From Amoebophrya sp. A120 (Eukaryota > Protista > Dinoflagellata), in NCBI GenBank assembly GCA_905178155.1, contig CAJINV010000003.1:4747863-4811862 (forward strand): 64,000 bases of DNA, in the 5' to 3' direction. A program made the position numbers and the translations under genes. The notes below the pieces were generated by a model. That model was not told where the DNA came from. It made no database searches and saw nothing but the letters and a program-made list of their open reading frames with translations. Shown here piece after piece: positions 46,017 through 56,284 of the stretch. Positions within the stretch are counted from its first letter, which is position 1, and each line of letters begins with the position of its first letter.

Positions 46017-46752
46017 CTTTGGTCTACTGTATTTCGTTCCATTCACACACTTAGTGGCAACTTGAGCATGAGGATAGTTATCGTGTTGATGTTGATTATC
46101 TGTCGTGTACTTCCACTACAAAAAAAGAGGATAAAGGAATTTTGAAGCACAAACTTGAAGAATGAAACGACCACGCACAGAACCCTTGCTCTTTCAAGAT
46201 TCCATAAAAGGAACTTTCTGGAAAAAAGTTACGATCTTGCACTCTAACTTTTTTAGTTTGTGTGCGGAAAGCAGGCAAGGACACGATTCGGATCTTTGTC
46301 TTATCGAACAAACACAGAAACCGTTACGACCGCTACAACCATCATGTTTCAAGCAACATAAAAACACCCTTGTATCACCTGAAGTAGCTACGGCTCCCTT
46401 CTTCTGCTACTTGTACTTCTCTCAGTAACGGATCATATAGAAGAAGTCTAATTGTGCGGGAGGAGAAGGACCTTCATGACTCTTGATCTATGAAAGGCAA
46501 CATCAGAGTTTTCACGAGAAGCTGCACCGAAGTGGATCTGCAACCGACTAGTCGAACGAGTTACGGACCGAGATTTTACCTCGAACACGATCCGAAAATA
46601 AATGTCGAGACGGTAGCGTCGGGTCGGTTCACAGCGGGTGCTATTCAACTGTTTTGTGCGTGTGCATGCATGTCGCTTTACCTTTCATTTTGCGCAGGTC
46701 GGTGGGGGTGTCGCTCGTGTGGGGAAAGCAGCGTCCTCGTATTTACAACTAG

Positions 46753-49116
46753 TTATGGCTTGCAGCATGGTGATTCCGATTCATCGCGATTATTACCTGT
46801 ATCGATCGTTCCTGGGTGTATGCGTAGAACGTGCCTAGCCTGCTGTGGGAGACAATACATAGAACCATCGAGTCCAAGCGCACCGCCCTCCCATTTTTCT
46901 TTCACCAGTGTGTCGTCCTCACTCATCGAGGGATTCGAAGCCACGTGTTTCAGCTCGTCTTTCTCACTTGCCGTATTGCAGTGGCTAGACCAGAAAAGAT
47001 ATTCGATGCTCACGTCTGTTTCAGGTCGGCGGGGTTGCGAGTCGCTCGTCGTCCCATAGTGCATCACTGTCTCGCGCCGGGTCACACTTTGGTCCTCTGG
47101 TGGGACAGAATGTCCACACGTGTTCCTATTTTTCTTCGCGCTTTTTCTCTGTGTCGGTGTCGCGGTCCCTATCCGCAGAACTGCCGGGGCGTCACACGGA
47201 ATGCAATAGATGCAGCCATCCGAAGCCGCCAAAAATCCGTTCTGCCACTTGTTCTTGATGTGCGGAAACAAAACGGGGCCGACCAAGCGCGCCTCTTGCT
47301 TTACTGGATCCACCCGCAGCACACGGTCCGCGTCGCTAGGGATGCAATACACACAGCCATCGGTGCCAAGCACACCGCCGCCGTACTGGTAGCGTTTATT
47401 TCTCCGCTCGGAAGAACTACCTCCCGTACGTTGCTGGCGAGAAGGTGTGGCATTCGGTCTGTCAGGCTCCGAACCGGCCGTCTTGCAAGGACTGGAAGGT
47501 CTGTCGTCCCCCACATCAATTGGAAGTTCGTACACTTCATCATTGCCGTCCGCGTTCACACGCACATATAGCACGGTCTCGGCGTGACTCGGAATACCAA
47601 CGATGTCTCCGTGCCCGTCCACAACTGCGCCGTGCCACTTGTGCAACGAGTTTGTCATCATGTGCTGCTTGTCCGCGCGTTCTGCATCTTCCATGTTTTC
47701 CATGCCACTCGTCATGCAGCTCTTGCCAGCGGTAGCTATCGATTTACGTTTTCCCGTCAACCGCAGCGAAGAGAGCAAGCAGTAGTCCGTTCCGTCTGCG
47801 GAAATTCGCAACACGCGATCGGCATTGTAGGGTATGCAGTAGAGTGCACCATTTTTCGGCGAAATAACACCACCGTAGTACTTGTTTCTAAGCATGCGCT
47901 GTGTGGCGCAAGGCGGAAGTCGTCCCGAGCGCACAAGATCGTTTGCATTTTCATCTTCGTGCGACTTCGAACTTACGTCCCTTTTGGCACCCCGTACCAG
48001 CATCTCATTAATGTTGGGCCCGACCAAACGAGCACATGGAGGCGCGGACGAGGATATACTGCCGTTCGGCGCGCAAACCGACGGAGATTCATCGCACTGG
48101 TGGTTTGACCTACGGGGACAGATTTCTAGCACATGCGCGGAATTGCAGGGAACCGCTAAAATGGACTGCTTCTGTTCCATGTAGCATCCTCCGTGCCAGC
48201 GCCAGGTTTTCGGAGGAGAAGCCTCTTGTATAGCAGCTCGACCTGATGTGTCGAAGAAGTCGCTCTCATACACTGGATCAGCACCGGTAATCGCGCTGAG
48301 CTCGTCGATCTCAAGTGCTTGGAGGGCGTCTGTATCGCAGTTGACGCGCAAGACTTTGTTCGCGTTCGATGGAATGCAGTAAATCGCACGATCGAGCGGG
48401 CAGTACACTCCGCGCAACCACTTGAACTTGTTTCCGGGGATGGCGGAAGAGACTATAACAGGGTCGATAGCCCTAGCAGCTCGACCCTGCGCCTGCACTT
48501 CTTGGTGGTGTTGCTGCTGCTCCGGTCTGATTTCTTGCTCAGCAAGGCCACGTCCAATGTCGGCACTGTTTGCTGATCCAAACTGCTTATTGATTTTGAT
48601 AGGGCTGGCGTCCGACGAAGATAGGTCTCTGTCGGAATCCCCGGATGAGACCGACGTGGAGACAACATCTTCATTACGAAGCGTGTTTGTTCCTGCGTCG
48701 AAAGCACAACTCTCCTTGTCGCTCTTATTCAGGAGTTTAGTTTCTACTACCGAAAAAGTCTTGAATTGGCGATTGTTGATATCATCTTCATGTGATTGTG
48801 ATGTTCTCTCGTTCTTACGAAGCGCTGCTGCTCGTCCTGGTGCATCCGTAATATTGCGACTAGTACCACTCGTGGAGGAGATATAGTATTCCTTTTTCCC
48901 AACACCGCGGCAGGGGTACCTCGTCAGCAGAGAAACGCCACCAATTTCTCTCTTAGGATCGACCTTCACGACGTGGGTTGCGGAGCCCGGTATTCCATAG
49001 ATTTGACCCGAGATGGGATCCAATGTGCCCCCCATCCACTTATCGCTTCCTCGGAGGTCAGCATTCCCCTCGTTGAGCAGCGTTATTGTGGGCGGCGCAA
49101 TCTCGAGATCCTCCAT
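46753..49116 (-). CDS. Repeat protein, probable beta-propeller (K-W/Y-x-GG...G-x-I/V-Y-C/G-IP-x2-A-x2-VL repeats)
   Basis: About eight copies of the repeat separated by low-complexity inserts; function unknown. Confidence 0.75.
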   Translation of the reverse strand: MEDLEIAPPTITLLNEGNADLRGSDKWMGGTLDPISGQIYGIPGSATHVVKVDPKREIGGVSLLTRYPCRGVGKKEYYISSTSGTSRNITDAPGRAAALRKNERTSQSHEDDINNRQFKTFSVVETKLLNKSDKESCAFDAGTNTLRNEDVVSTSVSSGDSDRDLSSSDASPIKINKQFGSANSADIGRGLAEQEIRPEQQQHHQEVQAQGRAARAIDPVIVSSAIPGNKFKWLRGVYCPLDRAIYCIPSNANKVLRVNCDTDALQALEIDELSAITGADPVYESDFFDTSGRAAIQEASPPKTWRWHGGCYMEQKQSILAVPCNSAHVLEICPRRSNHQCDESPSVCAPNGSISSSAPPCARLVGPNINEMLVRGAKRDVSSKSHEDENANDLVRSGRLPPCATQRMLRNKYYGGVISPKNGALYCIPYNADRVLRISADGTDYCLLSSLRLTGKRKSIATAGKSCMTSGMENMEDAERADKQHMMTNSLHKWHGAVVDGHGDIVGIPSHAETVLYVRVNADGNDEVYELPIDVGDDRPSSPCKTAGSEPDRPNATPSRQQRTGGSSSERRNKRYQYGGGVLGTDGCVYCIPSDADRVLRVDPVKQEARLVGPVLFPHIKNKWQNGFLAASDGCIYCIPCDAPAVLRIGTATPTQRKSAKKNRNTCGHSVPPEDQSVTRRETVMHYGTTSDSQPRRPETDVSIEYLFWSSHCNTASEKDELKHVASNPSMSEDDTLVKEKWEGGALGLDGSMYCLPQQARHVLRIHPGTIDTGNNRDESESPCCKP

Positions 49117-50035
49117 GATGGTTTTCGTTTTCTTTAAACTTTGTCGGCTGTAAATTTAAAGTAAGAGCAGATAGCTGGTGGTCTGGCGAAAGTTTCAAGT
49201 TGTCCCGATGAAATAAGTACGTCCTACGTACCCGAGGCCAAGCAATCAACGCGACTCAATGATCTCAAGCTGAATCTTCCAATAGATGAAGTTGATGCGG
49301 TGACAGCTTTTGCAGCCTCTGCTGCGGTTTTGGATGACGCCTGCAATAATTTTATGATGTCAGGGACACAAGAACGCTAGATATGTGAATAGTGCTCATT
49401 CATCTCATGAACCCACAGCCCAAACCCAGCCACAACTCTCTTTGCTTTTCTCTGTCCACCATATCCACACCTGCTTCTTTCATCCTCTTCTTACTCAAAA
49501 CTCACAAGTTAAAATCGATCCTGAATGATCTTTGAACAGATACAAAGGTGCGCTTTTTGCTTGAGCTTTTTCTCAACTTCTTCCCCCAAAGAAGATCATG
49601 ATCATCGACGATTGCAATGACTTTCCAATGCTGATTAGCTCAGCAACGGTTTTCAATTCTGCTCGTGCCACGCTATTTTTCGGAGCGTGTCTCTTTCGTT
49701 TCGCCTTCGATTCTTGCTTGATTCATCTGATTCAAGGGGAATAAACCGCTCATAAACATTTATCGATTTCATGATCTGATCATAGGCTGGCTCAATATCC
49801 GGTGGCGATTTATTGGACTAATCGCGTTTGCGTTCCGCCAATGACATTTTTTGGTGCGTTCATAATGCTTCCTTGACTAGCGTACTCAAAGTCATCCATT
49901 TCATGAAAGTAGTATACTTGGTCCATTACAAGTTCGAGCAAGGAATGGTTACGCAACCAGGCTGAAACGAATCTATGTTTTAATTCCTGCTCGGTTCCTC
50001 CGCCTCTGCAAGAATTTCGGCTCTGTTCTTCAACT

Positions 50036-50572
50036 TCAACTTCTTTGCAAGATAAACACGGTCATGAAGACCATGCTCATGCTCATAATCCCGACGACGA
50101 GCGTGACGGTTTGCCAGCCGGAAAAGAGATCCAGATCCCGGTAGGAAATGAGAATGACGCTCAGCATGTAGCTGAGACAACCCATAGCGAACTTGCCGAG
50201 CGGAAGATACGGCACCCAGTTGTACTTGATCGACCAGGGAAGTAGCTTACTCTCTGGCATGTTGTTCACATGCCGGTATACGAAGGCGCTGGTGAGGGCC
50301 GAACAGGTGCAGGCATGCACAGCCACAAAAGAAAACAAATATATGGCGAGATGCAGCGACTGGTCAAAGTCGTACCCGCTCTGCTGCAGATTGCTCAGCG
50401 CAAAGCCGCCGATGATTGCCCCCATCACGCTCGTGTTCAGGACGTCGTTGCACAGTTTCTCCCGAACACGCCCGGCTTCCGGGTCCTCCTCCGACCCGGG
50501 ACTAGTCATCTCTGACGCTACGCGGTGCCTCTCCGAAGCCCCCAACGTAGCAGCTGTCATGGTTACCGGCAT
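50036..50572 (-). CDS. Small multi-pass membrane protein (about 4 TM segments)
   Basis: Hydrophobic segments VMGAIIGGFAL, IYLFSFVAVHAC, FAMGCLSYMLSVILI, VTLVVGIMSMSMVFMTVFIL. Confidence 0.7.
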   Translation of the reverse strand: MPVTMTAATLGASERHRVASEMTSPGSEEDPEAGRVREKLCNDVLNTSVMGAIIGGFALSNLQQSGYDFDQSLHLAIYLFSFVAVHACTCSALTSAFVYRHVNNMPESKLLPWSIKYNWVPYLPLGKFAMGCLSYMLSVILISYRDLDLFSGWQTVTLVVGIMSMSMVFMTVFILQRS

Positions 50573-51232
50573 TTTTTTGGATTTCCGAAAAATTGTTTTT
50601 TGCTGATAAAACAGGAGGACAAGCAATACGGGCGAAAACTAGGACCTGCATGGGGATGCAGACGGAAAAAACAAATTCGAAAAAATTGTACATGTACATA
50701 TAAATGTAGCCGACCGGGATCAATACCGATAGAGCAGTAAAAGCGGTCTAGTCACAAGCTTTAAGGAAAAAACGGGCAGAAGTATACAAGTATCTGGTAC
50801 TGTTCACAATTTTCTCACAGGTAGTGCGTGTAATCGAACACTCACAACCAAATCGCAAGTTGTGTATATCCTTGAGGATACTTACACACAGTCCAATCCA
50901 TAACTCCGCTAAGGAATTCGGCCGTGAGTCGCAGCGCTCGACCCTTGCTGAAATACACACTGATCGCATCGATTCGCAAACGAAAAGCAGAAACTACTTT
51001 CGTATTCAATCATACATAAGAATGCGAGGACACGCAAGGCCAACGGCAACGCATCGGATTCAAAACTTCATCACGGAGTTTGAAATTGAATTATTGATTA
51101 TGATTTTCACTAATATTGCAATTATTTGCTATTCATCGAACTGCAAGACCCACTGTCGTGAGTGCTGCAGCCGTAAAAAATTATCCTTTTCCAGCAGCCA
51201 GCTTCCTGTGACCACACCCATGATCATTAATT

Positions 51233-54200
51233 TCACGCCACACCCACGATCGCGTCCAACATTCGTTTTATTATGCGCTGCGCGGTGGAGAGACTCACGG
51301 TAGTGTCCTTGTACTTCCCGTGTTCAGTGATCAGGGTGACTGCCGTTTTCCCTATGAGATTCGTGCACGAAGTTTTCCATGCCTCCTCCATGTCGTGGAG
51401 ATGGGTCTGTAATTGCTGTTGCAACTGAAAGACTTGCGTCTTGATGGTGGCATGGGAGCTCCCGCCCCTCGGACCCATTGTTCGACTCTCCACGGCTATT
51501 CCGGGAGGGGGCTGGGAGAGCGAAGTGGATCTTCCCGCGTCGTGGTTTGCAGGAGTATGAGAAAAGTCGGCGTCCACGAAGGAAAGCCTTTCTTGCTTTT
51601 GCTCGTCGAGTGACACTAGCGACCCTCGTTGTAGTTCCCGGCGGGTTTTGTCGAAGCTGGCCTGCAAGTGTTTTATCAAGGAAGCGAGCTTGTGCATTTT
51701 CAAGCGGTCAGTGGCGCGTTTGCTCAGAAGTGGTCTTATTTCCCTCCGATACACTCTGTCTTCGCGGAGTTGCTTCATAAAGTTCTGCACCTCTGTCCAA
51801 ACCGAATGATCTTCTTCAGGCGACAGCCGAGAATGTTGCCTCGTCGAAGCGTCTTCTGCAGACGACAGAAAATTAGTACTAGGCGCATCGGATTGTAATT
51901 TCGCCTTATTCGCGCCTCCGCCTGTCGTTCGTGCCTTCTTGGAAACTTTATGCGGTTTCGTGACCTTCCTCTGGTCCCGCCGCAGCGACTGCGTTCGCGC
52001 GTCGGCTTTTGCAGCTCGCGCGCCAGCCTCGCGATTCATCGCACGAATGCGCGCCAAGAAGTCCGCAACAGCAGAACCACCTTCGCCAGCATCCCGAGCC
52101 GCTCCCACGAGTTCTTCGCCGCCATCAGTCCCTGTTGGCTCAACCTCGAACGGCAGATCCAGCAGTTGCAAAAACGCTGCCGGGGCAGTCAGCGGCTCCC
52201 CGTGGCCATCGCCTTCGCCGCTGGCGGACTTCTCGAGCATAAGATCCATAATCATGTACTGGGTGAGCACGTCGCCGACGTCGTCGCCGGTCTGTGCGTC
52301 GAGATATCCACTTTGGACAGCGAGATGTACGAGCTCGGCCATCAGAGCGAAGTACTCGCGGTTCGTAGTCGGAAACGCCAGAAAAAATTCCGCGTACTGG
52401 TTGTCATTTCCAGGGCCCAGAACGTCGTCGTCCCCAGCATGGGCCGCACCGAAAGTAGAATCTCTGCCCTTGCACATGAAGCGACACGGGAAAGTCGTGC
52501 CACTCGCAACAAGGGGCAGCTTATTTCCAATGTGGCCGTCCAGTTCTTGTTGCTCGTCCAAATGTTCAAGCTCGATGTAGCAATCCAGATACACTTGATT
52601 GATCTTTTGTTTCACTGGCCGTGCTGCACCAGTTTTGCAAGGTTTACTGCTGTGGTTGCGATCACTGCTGGCCGGCGCACCATCCGGGAATATCTTGCGC
52701 ACCAGGTTTGAATGCATCGACATTGTAATGAAAGAGGTCAAATACCGCATCGCGGCCGCAGGCACATGTTCATCATCAGGGAAGGACTTGTTGCTTCTAT
52801 CGCTTTCGGTTTCGTCGCGTGAAAGCCCCGCGCCTACGTGCACGTGGACAGAAAAGGCATCCTCCTTCTCCAAGCGGCGGAAATGGAAAACTGGCGCTTG
52901 CAGTAGTTCGATGGCTCCCTGGGTCGGAAAGGACGCGGATGATTGCTCGGGAGGACCGTGCATTCTTTTCAAAATTGCAGCCGGCAAGACCACCGAGGAG
53001 GAAAAAACTTGGCTCCACGCAGGTTTCAACGTTCCGTAGTGCTCACGTTCCAATTGCGTCTGGAGACCCATAATGGCGCTACATTCTTTCCGCATTTTCT
53101 GCAGCCCAATCGTTCCTGCGTGCTGATAAAGCGCTACTGCCTTGTCATGCAGATCGTTCGCGCGGCGCACCAGCGCGTCGCGCTTCGCTATGATCTGATG
53201 AAGCTGCGTGAGGTCGCTTAACAGTCTCGTTCGCGTCGCAGAGTCGCGCAAGCGAAAAGTCAAGGCTCTGTTCGAGAAATTTCCGTCCGAGCGGTAGTTC
53301 CAGTGCCCCCCAACAAACAGCACACGTTGCCAGTTATCGTCGGGCCTGAAAGAATTGTTCCCCACCGGCGCTACGAGCTTGCGTCCCCTATCGTCCGTGA
53401 TCCAAGCGCGACCGAAGTAGCCAATATGCATCAAGATTCCGTGCGGGAGGGTTTGCATCTGGTGCGCCAGAACGTACAGCCAAAACTCTGAGTGGTTTTC
53501 TTCGAAGTACTTCTTGTCGTCCTCGTGGCGCTGGCTCGCACTTGTAGTTCCAGTGGGGGACGAATTATGTTGACCACTAGCAGCAAGTTTCCGTCCATTG
53601 AAAAGTCCGACGCGTGTTGCGTCATTGCCATGTTCTCGCAGGACGGCCTCACCACGCTTTTCCCAGTCAATGTTCTGTAGCAGGTACTGCAACGCGTCAA
53701 TGAAGAGATCGGAAACTTCACGATCGAATATTTGCATCCCCTTTGCCGTTCGTACCAATTGACGTCCTTGTGGGACGTGCTCCCGCAGCGTCGCCATTTG
53801 GTGCTGGTAAGCATCGTCGTAGAGCGGTTCCAAGTAGTAGACAAAGTGAGCGAACGCTTCCCACAGGAAGTTTTGTTCTTCCTTCTTTTGGGCCGCGGGG
53901 GCTCTGGCATGGCGCTCGCGGCCTTGTTGACCGTCTGCCATTCTGTCGAGAACGCCCGCAAGATACTTCTCTATCGACTGCTTCCGTCGACTCTGCATTG
54001 CGTCAAGTCGGCGCCTCAGTTGTTGATGTTGCTTGTGTTCATCGTGCTTGTTTGCTTGTTTTCCTTTTCGTGGAGAATGAGAACGATCATCAAGAAGATG
54101 ATGGTGCTGACACTGCTGCATGCATGTCTGTCGCTCCTGGTCGCGCCACATGTACCCGTGCGCCTTGGACTGGTGTTCCACAGTATGTGAGGTCCGGGCA

Positions 54201-55009
54201 AGTTCGTCACGCAAGAATGTCAAAAGGTCGGCCCCTAGCATTTCGGCGCTGCGTTTTGCTTTGCCACTTCCAGCCCCGCTGGCGCGACGCGACAGCGAAG
54301 CAAACAGAGTACCAGTCGTTGCGGCTACTGCTGACGATCCCAGTGGAAGAGTCGCGGAAGTTGTACTAGCAGCTTTAATATTGCCTTTCGTCAATGTAGA
54401 AGTAGATGCAGTCTTCTTCATGATGAAGCTTTCTCCGACGACCGTGCCGCTACTAGTACAACCGGGCACGTGAGGTGGAGGAATCATCGTTGCTGACCCA
54501 CTGCCACTGCCTCCCCTCGTTGTACTTGTAGCTCCCTCAGATATAATGCTGTCGTCTTCTATTGCCAGGCTCGAGCGGATAAGGTTTGCCAGGTCTGTAA
54601 GATCGGACTGCGGAGAGGTTCGCAATGCGTCTAACATGTCCGGGGAAACAGTTTCATCCTCAAGAATGATTCGAGACACGTCATTCCGTGCTGTGTGGCC
54701 TCGATCTGCATCCGCGCTTTTGCTCGCAAAAGAAAGGCTGTTGTTGAAAGTGCCGCTCTCGCTTCCGTTTTTTGTTTTCGTGCGGTCGCCAGTCGAGCAA
54801 CTTGCTGCGAGGCTACTTGTTGCAGAGGCAGTAGACGCGCTGGCAGCCACAGAAAAGGGTGCTTTTCGCGCAACAGCCGAGCTAACGTCGTCGTGGTAAG
54901 GCGACGCGGCTAGTATTCCGCGAATCTCGCAGAAACTACCCCACGTCACTGTAGAGCAAAAAAATACCGCCAGCCTCCCACCACCACCTTTCCCTTTGCC
55001 ACGGGCCAT
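51233..55009 (-). CDS. Hypothetical protein, 1258 aa
   Basis: Long uninterrupted ORF co-oriented with its neighbours; no motif recognised. Confidence 0.75.
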   Translation of the reverse strand: MARGKGKGGGGRLAVFFCSTVTWGSFCEIRGILAASPYHDDVSSAVARKAPFSVAASASTASATSSLAASCSTGDRTKTKNGSESGTFNNSLSFASKSADADRGHTARNDVSRIILEDETVSPDMLDALRTSPQSDLTDLANLIRSSLAIEDDSIISEGATSTTRGGSGSGSATMIPPPHVPGCTSSGTVVGESFIMKKTASTSTLTKGNIKAASTTSATLPLGSSAVAATTGTLFASLSRRASGAGSGKAKRSAEMLGADLLTFLRDELARTSHTVEHQSKAHGYMWRDQERQTCMQQCQHHHLLDDRSHSPRKGKQANKHDEHKQHQQLRRRLDAMQSRRKQSIEKYLAGVLDRMADGQQGRERHARAPAAQKKEEQNFLWEAFAHFVYYLEPLYDDAYQHQMATLREHVPQGRQLVRTAKGMQIFDREVSDLFIDALQYLLQNIDWEKRGEAVLREHGNDATRVGLFNGRKLAASGQHNSSPTGTTSASQRHEDDKKYFEENHSEFWLYVLAHQMQTLPHGILMHIGYFGRAWITDDRGRKLVAPVGNNSFRPDDNWQRVLFVGGHWNYRSDGNFSNRALTFRLRDSATRTRLLSDLTQLHQIIAKRDALVRRANDLHDKAVALYQHAGTIGLQKMRKECSAIMGLQTQLEREHYGTLKPAWSQVFSSSVVLPAAILKRMHGPPEQSSASFPTQGAIELLQAPVFHFRRLEKEDAFSVHVHVGAGLSRDETESDRSNKSFPDDEHVPAAAMRYLTSFITMSMHSNLVRKIFPDGAPASSDRNHSSKPCKTGAARPVKQKINQVYLDCYIELEHLDEQQELDGHIGNKLPLVASGTTFPCRFMCKGRDSTFGAAHAGDDDVLGPGNDNQYAEFFLAFPTTNREYFALMAELVHLAVQSGYLDAQTGDDVGDVLTQYMIMDLMLEKSASGEGDGHGEPLTAPAAFLQLLDLPFEVEPTGTDGGEELVGAARDAGEGGSAVADFLARIRAMNREAGARAAKADARTQSLRRDQRKVTKPHKVSKKARTTGGGANKAKLQSDAPSTNFLSSAEDASTRQHSRLSPEEDHSVWTEVQNFMKQLREDRVYRREIRPLLSKRATDRLKMHKLASLIKHLQASFDKTRRELQRGSLVSLDEQKQERLSFVDADFSHTPANHDAGRSTSLSQPPPGIAVESRTMGPRGGSSHATIKTQVFQLQQQLQTHLHDMEEAWKTSCTNLIGKTAVTLITEHGKYKDTTVSLSTAQRIIKRMLDAIVGVA

Positions 55010-56284
55010 CCTATACTATTTGTTGATCAACTAGAAGATGAGTGTCAACATAGAATAAGGCAATAGGAGAGTCAAATCGAAGTTGCTATATCAAAGTGGT
55101 GGAAGCAGGAGCAGAACAAAAACTTGACAGGCCTGCTGCAAGTGCATCATCAATCTTCATCATATCTCTATCTTTCAATTTCGAATCTTCATAGCACACC
55201 ATCACTTGCGCCTAAGAACAGGAGCCCACAATCAAAGTCGTTCTTCTCTCTAGAAGTAAGTAGATCGGATCTATCAACATATCGACGGCGAGCAGTTGGA
55301 GCGCGTGTCACGTCAATATTTATTTGGTGGCCTTTTGTATCTCCTCTACCCTTTGCAAATTCAATTCCACGAAGAGATCGTCTCCTTTGGCAAGAGCAGG
55401 CGTGGCGTATCACACCGGATATGAAAGCAGAACTCACGTTGACGTGTCGAGTTGCATGAATGGGAATCTGAATGCACAATGCATGATCTTGATCTTCGTC
55501 GAATGGATTGCTGTTCCGTCATTCGAAAACAAAAGGCAGAAGAACGAAACGAATGCAGATCTAACCGAATGTTACATAAATTTGAACAATCGACACAACA
55601 AGAGCATTGGGGAGCAGACAAACAAATACGGCGAACGACAAAGAAAAGGCATTTCGTAGCTCCGAAAGGCGAGCTACTTCGACATACCACAATGCTGGAA
55701 AATTTCTGATTCTCGGAGAATGAATGAAGAAACCAAAATACTGATTTACTGAAATGGCTCGGGTTGCCGAAAATACCCACAACAAAAAGTTTGATCACCC
55801 TTACCCTATCGAGTGACGTAAGCAAGTGAAGAATGACACCAAGTTGTGGATTTTCGTGCGACAAAACACTTGCGCGAAATACTACGGAGGGGAAGCTTCT
55901 TTATCAGACCGTGCCAGATATTATCAATTCCAATACACAGAAATGAGTCTAAGTATGTACAAAAATACATGAAAATCAAAAATATTTTCAAGAGCCGGCT
56001 CCAGTACGAAGAAGGAGCTCGGTGCTACACGAAACAACATTCTTCCCTCTTTACTTAAAGTCTGAACACAGCTGAGCTGTAGCGCCACGAAGAATCAGTA
56101 GGGGCTGAGAGTTTTGTTTTCCTTTTCGAGAACACTATGCGTATGTCGTTGCTGTTTTAGACATTGACGGTTACGGACTTCCGCTTTCCTTTCCCACTCG
56201 CTAAAAAAACGCGAGTAGAGCTCGATGTAGAGTTTAAGAAACATCAACGCACATCAAGCCCTAGGAAAGTACGGGACTCGCTCC

